Assembly (NCBI GenBank): GCA_041242255.1
Contig: JBESAV010000001.1
Location: forward strand, 936,478 to 1,000,477
Reading direction: 5' to 3'
Source of the DNA: Candidatus Altimarinota bacterium
Lineage (GTDB): Bacteria; Patescibacteriota; Gracilibacteria; UBA1369; GCA-2718715
Length of the DNA: 64,000 bases
Shown piece after piece: positions 51,461 through 61,394 of this stretch. The notes beneath the pieces were generated by a model. The model ran no database searches. It was not told the DNA's origin and saw only the letters and a list, made by a program, of their open reading frames with translations. Made by a program: the position numbers and the translations under genes. How positions within the stretch are numbered: position 1 is the stretch's first letter; every line of letters starts with the position of its first letter.

Positions 51461-51502
51461 AAGTATAAGTCTGAAAACTTGCAAACCTCTAATAATATGT
51501 AT

Positions 51503-52078
51503 ATGCCAGGAATTTTAGGTAAAAAGGTTGGCATGACACGTATCATTGTAAATGGAAAAATGACTCCACTTACAGTAGTACAGTGCGAACCAAATACTAT
51601 CGTTCAGTTAAAAACTGACGAAAAAGATGGATACAATGCCATCGTTGTTGGATTTGATAAATTAAACAAACCAACAAAAAACAAAACATACAGACATCTA
51701 AAAGAATTCAAAGTTGATAGTCTTGAAGACTACAAAGTTGGAGATCTAGTAGACGTTTCACAATTTGCAGAAGTTAAAAACTGCAAAGTAACTGCTTACT
51801 CAAAAGGTAAGGGGTTTCAAGGTGTAATAAAAAGACACAACTTCTCAAGAGGTCCTGAATCACATGGTTCAAGACATCATAGAGAACCAGGTTCAGTTGG
51901 AGCATGTGCTGCACCAGGTAGAGTAGCTAAAGGTAAAAAACTACCAGGTAGAACTGGTAACCAAAAAGTTACCCTAACTAAAGCACAAGTTGCATACATT
52001 GAGCCTGAATTAAATCTTATTGGAATCAAAGGACCTGTTCCAGGTGCCAAAAATAATTTAGTAGTACTATCCTTTTAA
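51503..52078 (+). CDS. rplC: 50S ribosomal protein L3
   Basis: MPGILGKKVGMT, SKGKGFQGVIKR, KGPVPGA; start set at ATG 51503. Confidence 0.97.
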   Translation: MPGILGKKVGMTRIIVNGKMTPLTVVQCEPNTIVQLKTDEKDGYNAIVVGFDKLNKPTKNKTYRHLKEFKVDSLEDYKVGDLVDVSQFAEVKNCKVTAYSKGKGFQGVIKRHNFSRGPESHGSRHHREPGSVGACAAPGRVAKGKKLPGRTGNQKVTLTKAQVAYIEPELNLIGIKGPVPGAKNNLVVLSF

Positions 52079-52080
52079 TT

Positions 52081-52716
52081 ATGAAAATCAATATATATAA
52101 CCAAAAAGGTGATGTCGCTAAAGAAACAAATCTTCCAAAAGAAGTATTTGGTTTAGATGTAAAGGAATCTGTTGTGCATAAAGCACTTATCAGACAACTT
52201 TCAAATTCTAGAAATCCAATAGCACACACCCTAGAAAAAGGTGAAGTTAGAGGTGGTGGAGCAAAACCATACCGTCAAAAAGGTACAGGTAGAGCTCGTC
52301 AAGGTTCAATCAGAAATCCTCACTTCGTAGGTGGTGGAGTTGCATTCGGACCTAGAAAAACTGCTAACTTCCAAAAACAAATGCCTAAAAAAGAAAGAAG
52401 AAAAGCTCTTCTTATGGCATTGTCAGCAAAAGCTAAAGATAAAAATATCTTCGGTCTAGACAAATACCAAGATAAAGATCTTAAGACTAAGAAATTTGCT
52501 GAACTTTTAGGAAAACTACCAGTTGAAAGAGATGTATTAGTAGTTGTAGCAGAAAACAATGAAGACTACACAAATCTGAAAAGAGTTACTGGAAACCTTC
52601 CAAACGTTAAAACTATTCTTGCAAGCTACCTGAACATCCAAGACTTGCAAAAATACGAATCACTATGTCTAGTAGGAGATTCCGTTAAAACAATACAAGA
52701 AACATTCACTGTATAA
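52081..52716 (+). CDS. rplD: 50S ribosomal protein L4
   Basis: KPYRQKGTGRARQGS, GGGVAFGP. Confidence 0.98.
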   Translation: MKINIYNQKGDVAKETNLPKEVFGLDVKESVVHKALIRQLSNSRNPIAHTLEKGEVRGGGAKPYRQKGTGRARQGSIRNPHFVGGGVAFGPRKTANFQKQMPKKERRKALLMALSAKAKDKNIFGLDKYQDKDLKTKKFAELLGKLPVERDVLVVVAENNEDYTNLKRVTGNLPNVKTILASYLNIQDLQKYESLCLVGDSVKTIQETFTV

Positions 52717-52718
52717 AT

Positions 52719-53009
52719 ATGACAAGAATAGAACCAATCATTACAGAAAAAAGTAATCTTCAAAGTCAAAACAAACAATTCACTTTCAAAGTTTCTGGAG
52801 ACACAAATAAAATTGAAATTGCTAAGGAACTAAAAAAAGAAACAGGAGTTGATGTTCTTAGCGTTCGAGTTATGAACGTTGGAGCAAAAGAAAGACTAGT
52901 AGGAAGAGGTCGTGTAATGACTAAAAGAAAACCATTCAAAAAAGCAATTGTTACTTTCGCAGAAGCAATTGATTTGAATACATTCAATTCAAAAAAAACT
53001 AATAAGTAA
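52719..53009 (+). CDS. rplW: 50S ribosomal protein L23
   Basis: [18 protein letters not shown]. Confidence 0.95.
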   Translation: MTRIEPIITEKSNLQSQNKQFTFKVSGDTNKIEIAKELKKETGVDVLSVRVMNVGAKERLVGRGRVMTKRKPFKKAIVTFAEAIDLNTFNSKKTNK

Positions 53010-53011
53010 CC

Positions 53012-53872
53012 ATGGCAATTAAAAAATACAAACCAACTACCAATGGACGTCGTGGGCAAACTACTATTGATTACAAAGCTAGTGGAATCACAACTGATAA
53101 ACCACATAAACCGCTTCTAGTATCAAAGAAAAGACAAGCAGGTAGAAATGCTCAAGGTAAAATTACCGTTCGTCACCAAGGTGGTGGTCACAAAAAGAAG
53201 TACAGATTGATTGACTTCAATAGAACCGAGAAAATCGGAATTGCTGGTAAGGTATCTACGATCGAATACGATCCAAATAGAAGTGCCTTTATCATGCTTG
53301 TCACTTACCAAGACGGAGACAAAAGGTACCACCTTGCTCCAGAAGGTATCAAAGTTGGAGACAGAGTTTACACTGCTGAAAAAACCAAAATTAAAGTTGG
53401 AAATAGAATGCAGTTAAAACACATCCCAGTTGGATACAGCATCTTCAACATTGAAATGAACAACAACAAAGGTGGACAAATTATCAGGTCAGCTGGATCT
53501 AGTGCAAAAATCACTTCTCTAGAAGGACAAAAAGCACAAGTTGAACTTCCATCTGGTGAAATCAGACTTATCGAAAAAACTTGTTATGCAAGTATCGGTC
53601 AAGTTAGTAACCAAGACCACGGAAACGTAGTTATCGGTAAAGCCGGAAGAAAAAGATGGATGGGTAAAAAACCTCAAGTTAGAGGTAAAGCCATGAATCC
53701 AAATGACCATCCACATGGTGGTGGTGAAGGTGGATCTCCAATTGGTTTGAAAAACCCAAAGACTCCATGGGGAGCACCAGCACTTGGTAAAAAGACAAGA
53801 AGACGTAAGTATACTGACAAATTTATTGTTAGGTCTCGTCATCTTAAAAAGAATAAGAAGAAGAAAAAATAA
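53012..53872 (+). CDS. rplB: 50S ribosomal protein L2
   Basis: [31 protein letters not shown]. Confidence 0.99.
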   Translation: MAIKKYKPTTNGRRGQTTIDYKASGITTDKPHKPLLVSKKRQAGRNAQGKITVRHQGGGHKKKYRLIDFNRTEKIGIAGKVSTIEYDPNRSAFIMLVTYQDGDKRYHLAPEGIKVGDRVYTAEKTKIKVGNRMQLKHIPVGYSIFNIEMNNNKGGQIIRSAGSSAKITSLEGQKAQVELPSGEIRLIEKTCYASIGQVSNQDHGNVVIGKAGRKRWMGKKPQVRGKAMNPNDHPHGGGEGGSPIGLKNPKTPWGAPALGKKTRRRKYTDKFIVRSRHLKKNKKKKK

Positions 53873-53888
53873 TAATTACTAATAACTT

Positions 53889-54161
53889 ATGGCAAGAAGT
53901 AGTAAAAAAGGACCATACGTTGACCCTCGCCTGATGAAAAAGGTAGAACAAATGAATTCAGGTGGGAAAAAAAGTGTTATCAAAACATGGTCAAGATCAT
54001 GCGATATCCATCCCCTATTTGTGGGACACACTTTCGCAGTTCACAACGGTAAAGAATTCATTCCAGTATTTGTAACTGAAAACATGGTAGGTCACAAACT
54101 CGGAGAATTTGCACCAACAAGAAAATTTAGAAGCCACGGCGGAAAACTAGCCAAAGCTTAA
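53889..54161 (+). CDS. rpsS: 30S ribosomal protein S19
   Basis: [23 protein letters not shown]. Confidence 0.98.
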   Translation: MARSSKKGPYVDPRLMKKVEQMNSGGKKSVIKTWSRSCDIHPLFVGHTFAVHNGKEFIPVFVTENMVGHKLGEFAPTRKFRSHGGKLAKA

Positions 54162-54192
54162 AACTATACTAATTAAGTATTAATAGACAAAT

Positions 54193-54684
54193 ATGAAAGC
54201 TACCCTTAGAAACGTAAGACTCGCTCCTAAAAAAGCGAACTTAGTAGCTGAACTAGTCAGAGGACAAAACGCAACTGCAGCACTCAGAACATTGAAATTC
54301 ACTCCAAAAAAGGGAGCTAAAATTCTTTATAAGCTGATTAACAGCGCTGTAGCAAACGCAGAAAATAACTTCGGACAAAACAAAAATAGTTTAGTTATAA
54401 AAGAAATTAAAGTATCAAAAGGTCTAAGACTTAAAAGATACATCCCAGTTTCAAGAGGACGTGCACATCCACTTCAAAAGGACAGTTCACACATCCATGT
54501 AATTCTTGGAACTGATGATGCAGTAACAAAAACTGCAAAACCAGCTAAAAAAGCTGAGACAAAAAAAACTACTAAAACAAGTAGCAAAAAGCCAGCAGCT
54601 AAAACTACAAAGAAAGCTACTGCAAAGAAAAGTACTGCTAAAAGCACTACTAAAAAAACAAGCAAAAAAACTAATAAAAATTAA
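54193..54684 (+). CDS. rplV: 50S ribosomal protein L22 with Lys-rich C-terminal extension
   Basis: APKKANLVAELVRG, SAVANAENN, RGRAHP, SHI. Confidence 0.97.
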   Translation: MKATLRNVRLAPKKANLVAELVRGQNATAALRTLKFTPKKGAKILYKLINSAVANAENNFGQNKNSLVIKEIKVSKGLRLKRYIPVSRGRAHPLQKDSSHIHVILGTDDAVTKTAKPAKKAETKKTTKTSSKKPAAKTTKKATAKKSTAKSTTKKTSKKTNKN

Positions 54685-54686
54685 CT

Positions 54687-55325
54687 ATGGGACAAAAAGT
54701 AAACCCTACAGGTATCCGTCTTGGTATCACTCATACATGGGACTCAAAATGGTTCCCATCGAAAGGTGACTACGCTAAGTTCTTGAAAAAAGATATTGCA
54801 ATCAGAAAATATCTAAGAAATAAATTTCAAGGAATGGGTGTCTCAAAAATCGAATTAGAAAATGCTTCAGGAGTTATCACTCTAACTCTTAACGCAGCTA
54901 AACCTGGATTGATCATTGGTCAACAAGGATCAAAAATCGAAGAGCTTAAAGATGAACTTGAAAAGAAATTCAACGATAAATTCATCGTTAATGTTAAAGA
55001 GATCAACAAACCAGAACTAGACGCATATGTTGTTGCTGAAAATATTGCAAGACAAGTAGAAAGACGTATCTCTTACAGAAGAGCTGCTAAAGCTGCTATC
55101 GAAAAAGCAATGATGAATGGAGCAAAAGGAGCGAAAGTAAAAGTATCAGGACGTCTAAATGGTGTAGATATTGCTAGAACTGAATTCTTCACAGAAGGAA
55201 GAGTGCCTCTACAAACACTTAGAGCAGATATTGACTACTGCCATTACGAAGCTCATACAACATACGGAGTAATAGGAATCAAGGTATGGATCTATAAAGG
55301 AGATGTATTTGCACCTTCAAAATAA
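54687..55325 (+). CDS. rpsC: 30S ribosomal protein S3
   Basis: MGQKVNPTGIRLG, SGRLNG, GRVPLQTLRADID, GIKVWIYKG. Confidence 0.99.
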   Translation: MGQKVNPTGIRLGITHTWDSKWFPSKGDYAKFLKKDIAIRKYLRNKFQGMGVSKIELENASGVITLTLNAAKPGLIIGQQGSKIEELKDELEKKFNDKFIVNVKEINKPELDAYVVAENIARQVERRISYRRAAKAAIEKAMMNGAKGAKVKVSGRLNGVDIARTEFFTEGRVPLQTLRADIDYCHYEAHTTYGVIGIKVWIYKGDVFAPSK

Positions 55326-55363
55326 TAAACAAGACCATAAAAATTGATTTATTCAATTTAACC

Positions 55364-55391
55364 TTGATATAAAACACAAACTGAATATAAT
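55364..55391 (+). promoter_or_regulatory. Internal promoter upstream of rplP
   Basis: TTGATA-N16-TATAAT in an 86-bp spacer. Confidence 0.55.
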
Positions 55392-55411
55392 CTACTAGCT
55401 AAAAAAACATC

Positions 55412-55831
55412 ATGTTAGTACCAAAGAAAACAAAATATAGAAAGAGCTTCCGCTTAAGAAATGCAAACAAAAAAAATCTTGCACAAAGAAATAATACGCT
55501 TGCATTTGGAAGCATTGGTCTAAAGATCATGGCACCTGCCGAAATCACTTCGAGACAAATCGAAGCTGCACGTAGAGCTATGACTAGATCAACAAAACGT
55601 GGTGGTAAAATTTGGATAAAAGTTTTTCCACACAAAGTTATCACCAAAAAAGGAGCAGAAGTTCCTATGGGTTCAGGTAAAGGTGCACCAGATCACTTCG
55701 TTGCTGATCTGAAAGCTGGAACAGTAGTCTTCGAAATGGCAGGTATCCCAGAGGATCAAGCTAGAGAAGCACTTACTGGAGCGATGCACAAATTACCAGT
55801 TCCATGCAAGATAATAACTAATGAACTTTAG
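55412..55831 (+). CDS. rplP: 50S ribosomal protein L16
   Basis: RQIEAARRA, GKIWIKVFP, MGSGKG, HKLP. Confidence 0.98.
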   Translation: MLVPKKTKYRKSFRLRNANKKNLAQRNNTLAFGSIGLKIMAPAEITSRQIEAARRAMTRSTKRGGKIWIKVFPHKVITKKGAEVPMGSGKGAPDHFVADLKAGTVVFEMAGIPEDQAREALTGAMHKLPVPCKIITNEL

Positions 55832-55832
55832 A

Positions 55833-56081
55833 ATGACTCAATTAGCAAGAACTAAAACTGGAACAGTCGTAAGTGCAAAGAATGATAAAACTATTGTAGT
55901 AAAAGTGACTACTTATAAAACTCACCCGATCTACAAGAAACAATATCAAATCGATAAAAAATTCCACGCACACGATCCAGAAAACAAATTTAACGAGGGA
56001 GACAAAGTAACAATTTACGAATGTGCTCCAATCTCAAAAAATAAAAAATGGACAGTAGAAAAACCTGCTGAGAAAAATTAA
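55833..56081 (+). CDS. rpsQ: 30S ribosomal protein S17
   Basis: GTVVSAKNDKTIVV, HPIYKK, AHD, PISKNKKW; ATG 1 nt after the rplP stop. Confidence 0.96.
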   Translation: MTQLARTKTGTVVSAKNDKTIVVKVTTYKTHPIYKKQYQIDKKFHAHDPENKFNEGDKVTIYECAPISKNKKWTVEKPAEKN

Positions 56082-56098
56082 TTAATAACTTCTAAGAA

Positions 56099-56473
56099 AT
56101 GATTCAACCACAATCAATGCTTTCAGTCGCAGACAACAGTGGAGCCAAACAAGTAATGTGTATCAAAGTACTTGGAGGTTCAAAAAGAAGATATGCTGGG
56201 GTTGGTGATGAAATAGTTGTTTCTGTAAAATCTGCAAATCCAAAAGGAGCAGTTAAAAAGAAAGACGTTAAAAGAGCTGTTGTTGTACGAACTGTAAAAG
56301 AGATTCGTCGACCAGACGGTACTTATCTTAGATTCGATGAAAACGCTGTAGTTATGGTTAACAAAGACGGACAACCACTAGGTTCTCGTGTCTTCGGACC
56401 AATTGCTAGAGAGTTAAGATCGAAAGGAGAAAGATACCACAAAATTATATCTTTAGCACCTGACGTATTATAA
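56099..56473 (+). CDS. rplN: 50S ribosomal protein L14
   Basis: [23 protein letters not shown]. Confidence 0.99.
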   Translation: MIQPQSMLSVADNSGAKQVMCIKVLGGSKRRYAGVGDEIVVSVKSANPKGAVKKKDVKRAVVVRTVKEIRRPDGTYLRFDENAVVMVNKDGQPLGSRVFGPIARELRSKGERYHKIISLAPDVL

Positions 56474-56474
56474 T

Positions 56475-56783
56475 ATGAAAATCAAAAAAGGAGATCTAGT
56501 AATCGTTACAACAGGTAAAGACAAAGGTAAAACTGGTAAAGTTATTGCCACTGACTCTGCTAACAACAAAGTTAAAGTAGAAGGTGTAAATATCAGAACC
56601 AAATACACAAAAAAATCTTTGCAAGGACCAGGAAGCATGAACAAGCAAGAAGCTTGGGTAGATGCCTCTAACGTAATGTTACAAGATCCAAAAACCAAAA
56701 AAGCCACTAGAATTGGATACACAACAGATAAGAAAGGTAAAAAAGTACGTGTAGCCAAAAAATCTAATGAAGTAATAAGTTAG
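56475..56783 (+). CDS. rplX: 50S ribosomal protein L24
   Basis: KKGD.V....GKDKGKTG, VEGVN, SNV. Confidence 0.97.
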   Translation: MKIKKGDLVIVTTGKDKGKTGKVIATDSANNKVKVEGVNIRTKYTKKSLQGPGSMNKQEAWVDASNVMLQDPKTKKATRIGYTTDKKGKKVRVAKKSNEVIS

Positions 56784-56785
56784 TC

Positions 56786-57340
56786 ATGAATTACAAAGCA
56801 CCAGTAACAAATCAAGGAGTAGCTGAAAGTCTTCAAAAAGAACTTAAAATCTCAAACAAGCACCTAGTTCCAAAAGTTGAAATGATCACAGTAAACGTAG
56901 GAGTTGGATCACTTGTACAAAGAGATAAAAAAGCTCTTGATGAAGTAGTTGAAAACGTAACAGCTATCACAGGACAAAAACCTGTAGTAAAAAAATCTAG
57001 AAAATCAATCTCTAACTTCAAACTTAGAGAAGGAATGCCTGTTGGAGTATCAGTTACACTAAGAGGAGAAAAAATGATCACTTTCCTAAACAAATTGATC
57101 AACATAGTTTTCCCACGTATCAGAGACTTCAGAGGATTCACTAAAAAAAGTTTTGATGGTCAAGGAAACCTAAGTATTGGGATTAAAGAACACTTAGTAT
57201 TCCCTGAAATTAACCCAGATGATCTAGTTACCATTCACGGTATCCAAATCACAATCAAAACATCAACCAGAGATGACGAGCAAGCATACCACTTACTCAG
57301 AGCCTTCGGTTTCCCATTCAAAGAAAAAAATAACAACTAA
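56786..57340 (+). CDS. rplE: 50S ribosomal protein L5
   Basis: [24 protein letters not shown]. Confidence 0.98.
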   Translation: MNYKAPVTNQGVAESLQKELKISNKHLVPKVEMITVNVGVGSLVQRDKKALDEVVENVTAITGQKPVVKKSRKSISNFKLREGMPVGVSVTLRGEKMITFLNKLINIVFPRIRDFRGFTKKSFDGQGNLSIGIKEHLVFPEINPDDLVTIHGIQITIKTSTRDDEQAYHLLRAFGFPFKEKNNN

Positions 57341-57345
57341 TCACT

Positions 57346-57603
57346 ATGGCTAGAACATCAAGATTCGTCAAAGCTACCAGAAACAAAGAGAAAATTCTTA
57401 AAGAACTTTCTAAATCTGGAAAAAGTGAAAGACGAAAACAAGGTAAGAAAGTCAACGGAACTTACGTTACACGTTTGAACAATGTATGTTCAAAATGTGG
57501 ACGTCCTAGAGGTTATTTAAGAGATTTTGACATGTGCAGAATCTGCGTTAGAGAACTAGCCTCCAACGGTCTTATCCCAGGAATGAGAAAATCTTCTTGG
57601 TAA
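57346..57603 (+). CDS. rpsN: 30S ribosomal protein S14 (Zn-ribbon type, extended)
   Basis: [25 protein letters not shown]. Confidence 0.96.
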   Translation: MARTSRFVKATRNKEKILKELSKSGKSERRKQGKKVNGTYVTRLNNVCSKCGRPRGYLRDFDMCRICVRELASNGLIPGMRKSSW

Positions 57604-57629
57604 AATAAAAATAATTTTAATAATAAAAT

Positions 57630-58010
57630 ATGTACAACGATCCTATAGCTGATCTTTTAACCAGAATCAGAAACAGCCAAACTGCTGGTAAAGATATCGT
57701 ATACGTTCCTTACTCTAAGGTTAAACACCAAATTTGTGAGGTAATGAAAAATCACAAATACATCTTAGATGTAAAAAAGGTTGAAAATGATCACGCTGAA
57801 CTAGAAATCACATTAGATTTAGTGAGACCTCACCTGACTCTAAAAAGAATCAGTAAACCAGGTCAAAGAATCTACAAAAAAGCAACTGAATTCAATTCTG
57901 TAAAAAACGGACTTGGAATCGACATCGTATCTACATCTAAAGGAATTATGCCTCAATACAAAGCATACAAAGACAACATTGGGGGAGAAGTTCTATGTAG
58001 AGTTTACTAA
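57630..58010 (+). CDS. rpsH: 30S ribosomal protein S8
   Basis: DPIADLLTRIRN, RISKPGQRIY, STSKG, GGEVL. Confidence 0.98.
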   Translation: MYNDPIADLLTRIRNSQTAGKDIVYVPYSKVKHQICEVMKNHKYILDVKKVENDHAELEITLDLVRPHLTLKRISKPGQRIYKKATEFNSVKNGLGIDIVSTSKGIMPQYKAYKDNIGGEVLCRVY

Positions 58011-58029
58011 TTAATAACAACACTAAGCA

Positions 58030-58578
58030 ATGTCTAGAATTGGAAAATTACCGATTGAAATACCAAGTGGAGTTGAAGTAAAGTTTGCCAATGGTGTCCT
58101 AACAGTAAAAGGACCTAAAGGAGAACTAACTCAAGACATCAATCCACTAGTAAAACTTGAAATTGCTGATAATCAAATCACTGTTGTACCTCTAGAAGAA
58201 ACAAAAGAAGCCAGAAGTTTCCACGGACTATTCAGAAGTTTAGCTTCAAACATGGTTGAAGGAGTAACTAAAGGTTTCCAAAAAAGACTAGAAATCAACG
58301 GAGTTGGTTACAGAGCTCAAGTACAAGGTAAAAAAATCGTACTAAATCTTGGATTCTCACATCCAATTGAATACCAAATTCCAGAAGGAATTACTGCAGA
58401 AATGGACAAAGAAAAACCAAATGTAATTGTTATATCTGGTATCAATAAACAAAAAGTTGGACAAACTGCAGCTGAAATCAGAGACTTCAGAAAACCAGAA
58501 CCTTATAAAGGTAAGGGAGTTAAATACGAAGATGAGTACATCAAACGTAAAGCTGGTAAGGCCGCATCTGCAGCATAA
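58030..58578 (+). CDS. rplF: 50S ribosomal protein L6
   Basis: MSRIGKLP, GVGYRA, LGFSHP, PEPYKGKG. Confidence 0.99.
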   Translation: MSRIGKLPIEIPSGVEVKFANGVLTVKGPKGELTQDINPLVKLEIADNQITVVPLEETKEARSFHGLFRSLASNMVEGVTKGFQKRLEINGVGYRAQVQGKKIVLNLGFSHPIEYQIPEGITAEMDKEKPNVIVISGINKQKVGQTAAEIRDFRKPEPYKGKGVKYEDEYIKRKAGKAASAA

Positions 58579-58601
58579 TAAATTAATAATAACAAATAAT
58601 C

Positions 58602-58943
58602 ATGGTTAACACTTTAGCTACTAGAGCTAGAAGAAAAAAAAGAGTTCGTGCCAAAATCTCTGGTACAGCTCAAAAACCTAGGCTATCTGTTTTCCGCTCT
58701 AATACACACATCTATGCTCAACTCATCGATGATGTAAACGGAGTAACACTTGCTAATGCAAGCGACCTCAAATCAAAAAAAGGTAACAAAACAGAATCAG
58801 CACAAGCTGTTGGTAAAGCAATTGCTGAAGCAGCTAAGAAAGCTAAGATCACTGAATGCGTGTTCGACAGAAATGGTTACAAATACCACGGTAGAGTTAA
58901 AGCTCTAGCCGAAGCAGCACGTGAAGGTGGATTAAAATTTTAA
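58602..58943 (+). CDS. rplR: 50S ribosomal protein L18
   Basis: [25 protein letters not shown]. Confidence 0.98.
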   Translation: MVNTLATRARRKKRVRAKISGTAQKPRLSVFRSNTHIYAQLIDDVNGVTLANASDLKSKKGNKTESAQAVGKAIAEAAKKAKITECVFDRNGYKYHGRVKALAEAAREGGLKF

Positions 58944-58957
58944 TTAAACATTAAAGA

Positions 58958-59614
58958 ATGAAATCACATAAAAAAAGAAATAACCGAAGACGCGAACAGA
59001 AAGAGTTCGAAGAATCTGTCATTCAAATCGACCGTGTAACTCGTGTAGTAAAAGGTGGTCGTAGACTTAGATTCAGAGCAACTGTTTGTATCGGAGACAA
59101 AAAAGGAAAAGTTGGTCTAGGAATAGGGAAATCCAACGAAGTAAGAACAGCAATTGAAAAAGCAATTGCTAAAGCAAAAAAGAATCTTATTACTGTTAAA
59201 CTAGATGGAGGTACTATCCCCCACCAACACAGAAGTAGATTCAAAAGTGCAGTAGTTTTCATGAAGCCAGCTTCAGAAGGTACTGGGATTATCGCCGGTG
59301 GTGCAATCCGTAAAGTACTTGAACTAGCAGGTGTAAAAGACATCCTAACTAAATCTCTAGGATCTACAAACAAACTAAACACTGCCAAAGTAACAGTTCA
59401 AGCTCTTGATGAGTTGAAAGTTACTCCAAAAATGGAAAGAGAAAAACAAACTACTAAAAAGACTGCAGCTACAACTAAAACAGCAAAGAAAGCTCCTGCT
59501 AAAAAGTCATCTGACAAAAAAACAGAAGCTAAAAAAACTACAAATAAAAAAACTGCAGCCAAGAAGTCTCCAGCTAAAAAAACAGCAAAAAAGACAACTA
59601 AAAAAGAAAGCTAA
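58958..59614 (+). CDS. rpsE: 30S ribosomal protein S5 with Lys-rich C-terminal extension
   Basis: [28 protein letters not shown]. Confidence 0.98.
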   Translation: MKSHKKRNNRRREQKEFEESVIQIDRVTRVVKGGRRLRFRATVCIGDKKGKVGLGIGKSNEVRTAIEKAIAKAKKNLITVKLDGGTIPHQHRSRFKSAVVFMKPASEGTGIIAGGAIRKVLELAGVKDILTKSLGSTNKLNTAKVTVQALDELKVTPKMEREKQTTKKTAATTKTAKKAPAKKSSDKKTEAKKTTNKKTAAKKSPAKKTAKKTTKKES

Positions 59615-59626
59615 CACCCATTAAAA

Positions 59627-60076
59627 ATGAGTAAATTACATAACTTAAAGCCACACAGCTCTCAACAAAAGAAAAGAAGAAGAGTTGGACGTGGTAACGG
59701 TTCAAACGGAACCTACTCTGGTAAAGGTATGAATGGGCAAAACGCCAGAAGTGGAGGTGGAGTAAGACCTGGATTCGAAGGTGGACAAACTCCTCTACAC
59801 AAAAGAATGCCTAAAATTAAAGGTTTCAAAAACATCAACCGTGTTGAATACAAACCACTATCACTTTCACTTTTAAGTGAAAACTTTAAAGACGGTGATA
59901 AAGTTACCAACCAAGAATTAGTAGCAAAAAATCTTTTCCACAAAAACGACAAGATTAAACTATTAGCTAACGGTAAACTAGATAAAAAGCTTACTATCGA
60001 AGTTAATAAAGCTTCTAAAAAAGCAATTGAGCTTGTTGAAAAAGCAGGAGGAACTGTTAAAGTAAGCTCAAACTAA
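59627..60076 (+). CDS. rplO: 50S ribosomal protein L15
   Basis: RVGRG, GFEGGQTPL, EKAGG. Confidence 0.98.
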   Translation: MSKLHNLKPHSSQQKKRRRVGRGNGSNGTYSGKGMNGQNARSGGGVRPGFEGGQTPLHKRMPKIKGFKNINRVEYKPLSLSLLSENFKDGDKVTNQELVAKNLFHKNDKIKLLANGKLDKKLTIEVNKASKKAIELVEKAGGTVKVSSN

Positions 60077-60095
60077 TATTAATCTAAAGATCACA

Positions 60096-61382
60096 ATGGA
60101 AAAACTAATTCAGACATTCAAGTCTCCCCAACTACGAAAGAAGATCTTTTTCACAATTGGAATCTTAGTTTTCTACAGACTTTTAGCTCAAGTATCTATT
60201 CCAGGTATTAACCTTCAAGCTGTACAATCAATTTTCCAACAAAATGAATCACTAAATCTTTTCAGTCTTCTGACAGGAGGTAGTGCCGAGAACTTCTCTA
60301 TCGTATTGATGGGACTTGGACCTTACATTAATGCATCGATCATAATTCAGTTATTAACTGTAATAGTTCCTAAACTCGAAGAACTTTCCAAAGATGGAGC
60401 AGATGGTCAAAAGAAATTAACCTCTTATACTAGATGGTTAACTTTCCCACTAGCTTTCCTTCAATCTTACGGAATGATCGCATTACTTAATTCTCAATCA
60501 AGCGTACCTATCATCACTGACATTTCAAACCCAGCAGTAATTTTACCTATCATGTTAACAGTTTCTGCCGGATCAATCTTGTTGATGTGGTTAGGTGAAA
60601 TTATCACTGAAAACGGAATCGGAAACGGAGTATCACTACTGATCTTAGCTAGTATTCTCTCTACAGTTTCTCCAATTCTCGGGCAAAACATTATTACTGC
60701 AACTTCAAACCCAGCACAGCTTGTACCAGTAGTTGGTTTGATTCTTATGATTATATTCTTGATTGCAATTACAGTAGTTGTAACAGAAAGTTATAGAGAA
60801 ATACCTGTATCATACGCAAGTAAAACTTCAAAAGGTGTAATGTCTACACTCCCGATCAAACTTAATCAAGCAGGGATGATCCCGATCATCTTCGCAGTTT
60901 CGATCGTTACTTTCCCAACAATTCTTGCACAACTTGTTCAAGACTCAACACTCCCAATCTTACAAAGATTCAGTGAAATTGTTACTACCTACTTTACATT
61001 TGAAAGTCCTGCCTACTTAGTAGCTTTGTTCTTCCTAATTATTGGATTTACATATTTCTACGTAAGTATCACTTTCAAGCCAGAACAAGTAGCTGAAAAC
61101 ATTCAAAGAAGAGGTGGATACATTCCAGGTGTAAGACCAGGAAAAGAAACTTCTGAATACCTAGAAAATGTTTCAAATAGACTAAATCTATTTGGAGGAT
61201 TATTCATCGCTGGTATTGCTGTAGTTCCTGTTATCATCCAACAGTTAGCTGGAGGAAATAGCAGTTCACTACCATTAGTAATAAGCGGTGCAGGTATCCT
61301 TATCATCGTTGGTGTGATCTCAGACCTTATCAGACAAGTAAATTCTTACTTAATCACCAATGATTACAACAAGCTTTATTAA
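60096..61382 (+). CDS. secY: Preprotein translocase subunit SecY
   Basis: LGPYINASII, GIGNGVSL, AGMIPIIFA, IPGVRPG. Confidence 0.98.
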   Translation: MEKLIQTFKSPQLRKKIFFTIGILVFYRLLAQVSIPGINLQAVQSIFQQNESLNLFSLLTGGSAENFSIVLMGLGPYINASIIIQLLTVIVPKLEELSKDGADGQKKLTSYTRWLTFPLAFLQSYGMIALLNSQSSVPIITDISNPAVILPIMLTVSAGSILLMWLGEIITENGIGNGVSLLILASILSTVSPILGQNIITATSNPAQLVPVVGLILMIIFLIAITVVVTESYREIPVSYASKTSKGVMSTLPIKLNQAGMIPIIFAVSIVTFPTILAQLVQDSTLPILQRFSEIVTTYFTFESPAYLVALFFLIIGFTYFYVSITFKPEQVAENIQRRGGYIPGVRPGKETSEYLENVSNRLNLFGGLFIAGIAVVPVIIQQLAGGNSSSLPLVISGAGILIIVGVISDLIRQVNSYLITNDYNKLY

Positions 61383-61394
61383 TCCCCCACTCCC

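Noticed and set aside
21515-55391. Apparent preference for 16-bp promoter spacers
   Set aside because: About as many 17-bp examples were seen; the sample is small and picked by eye
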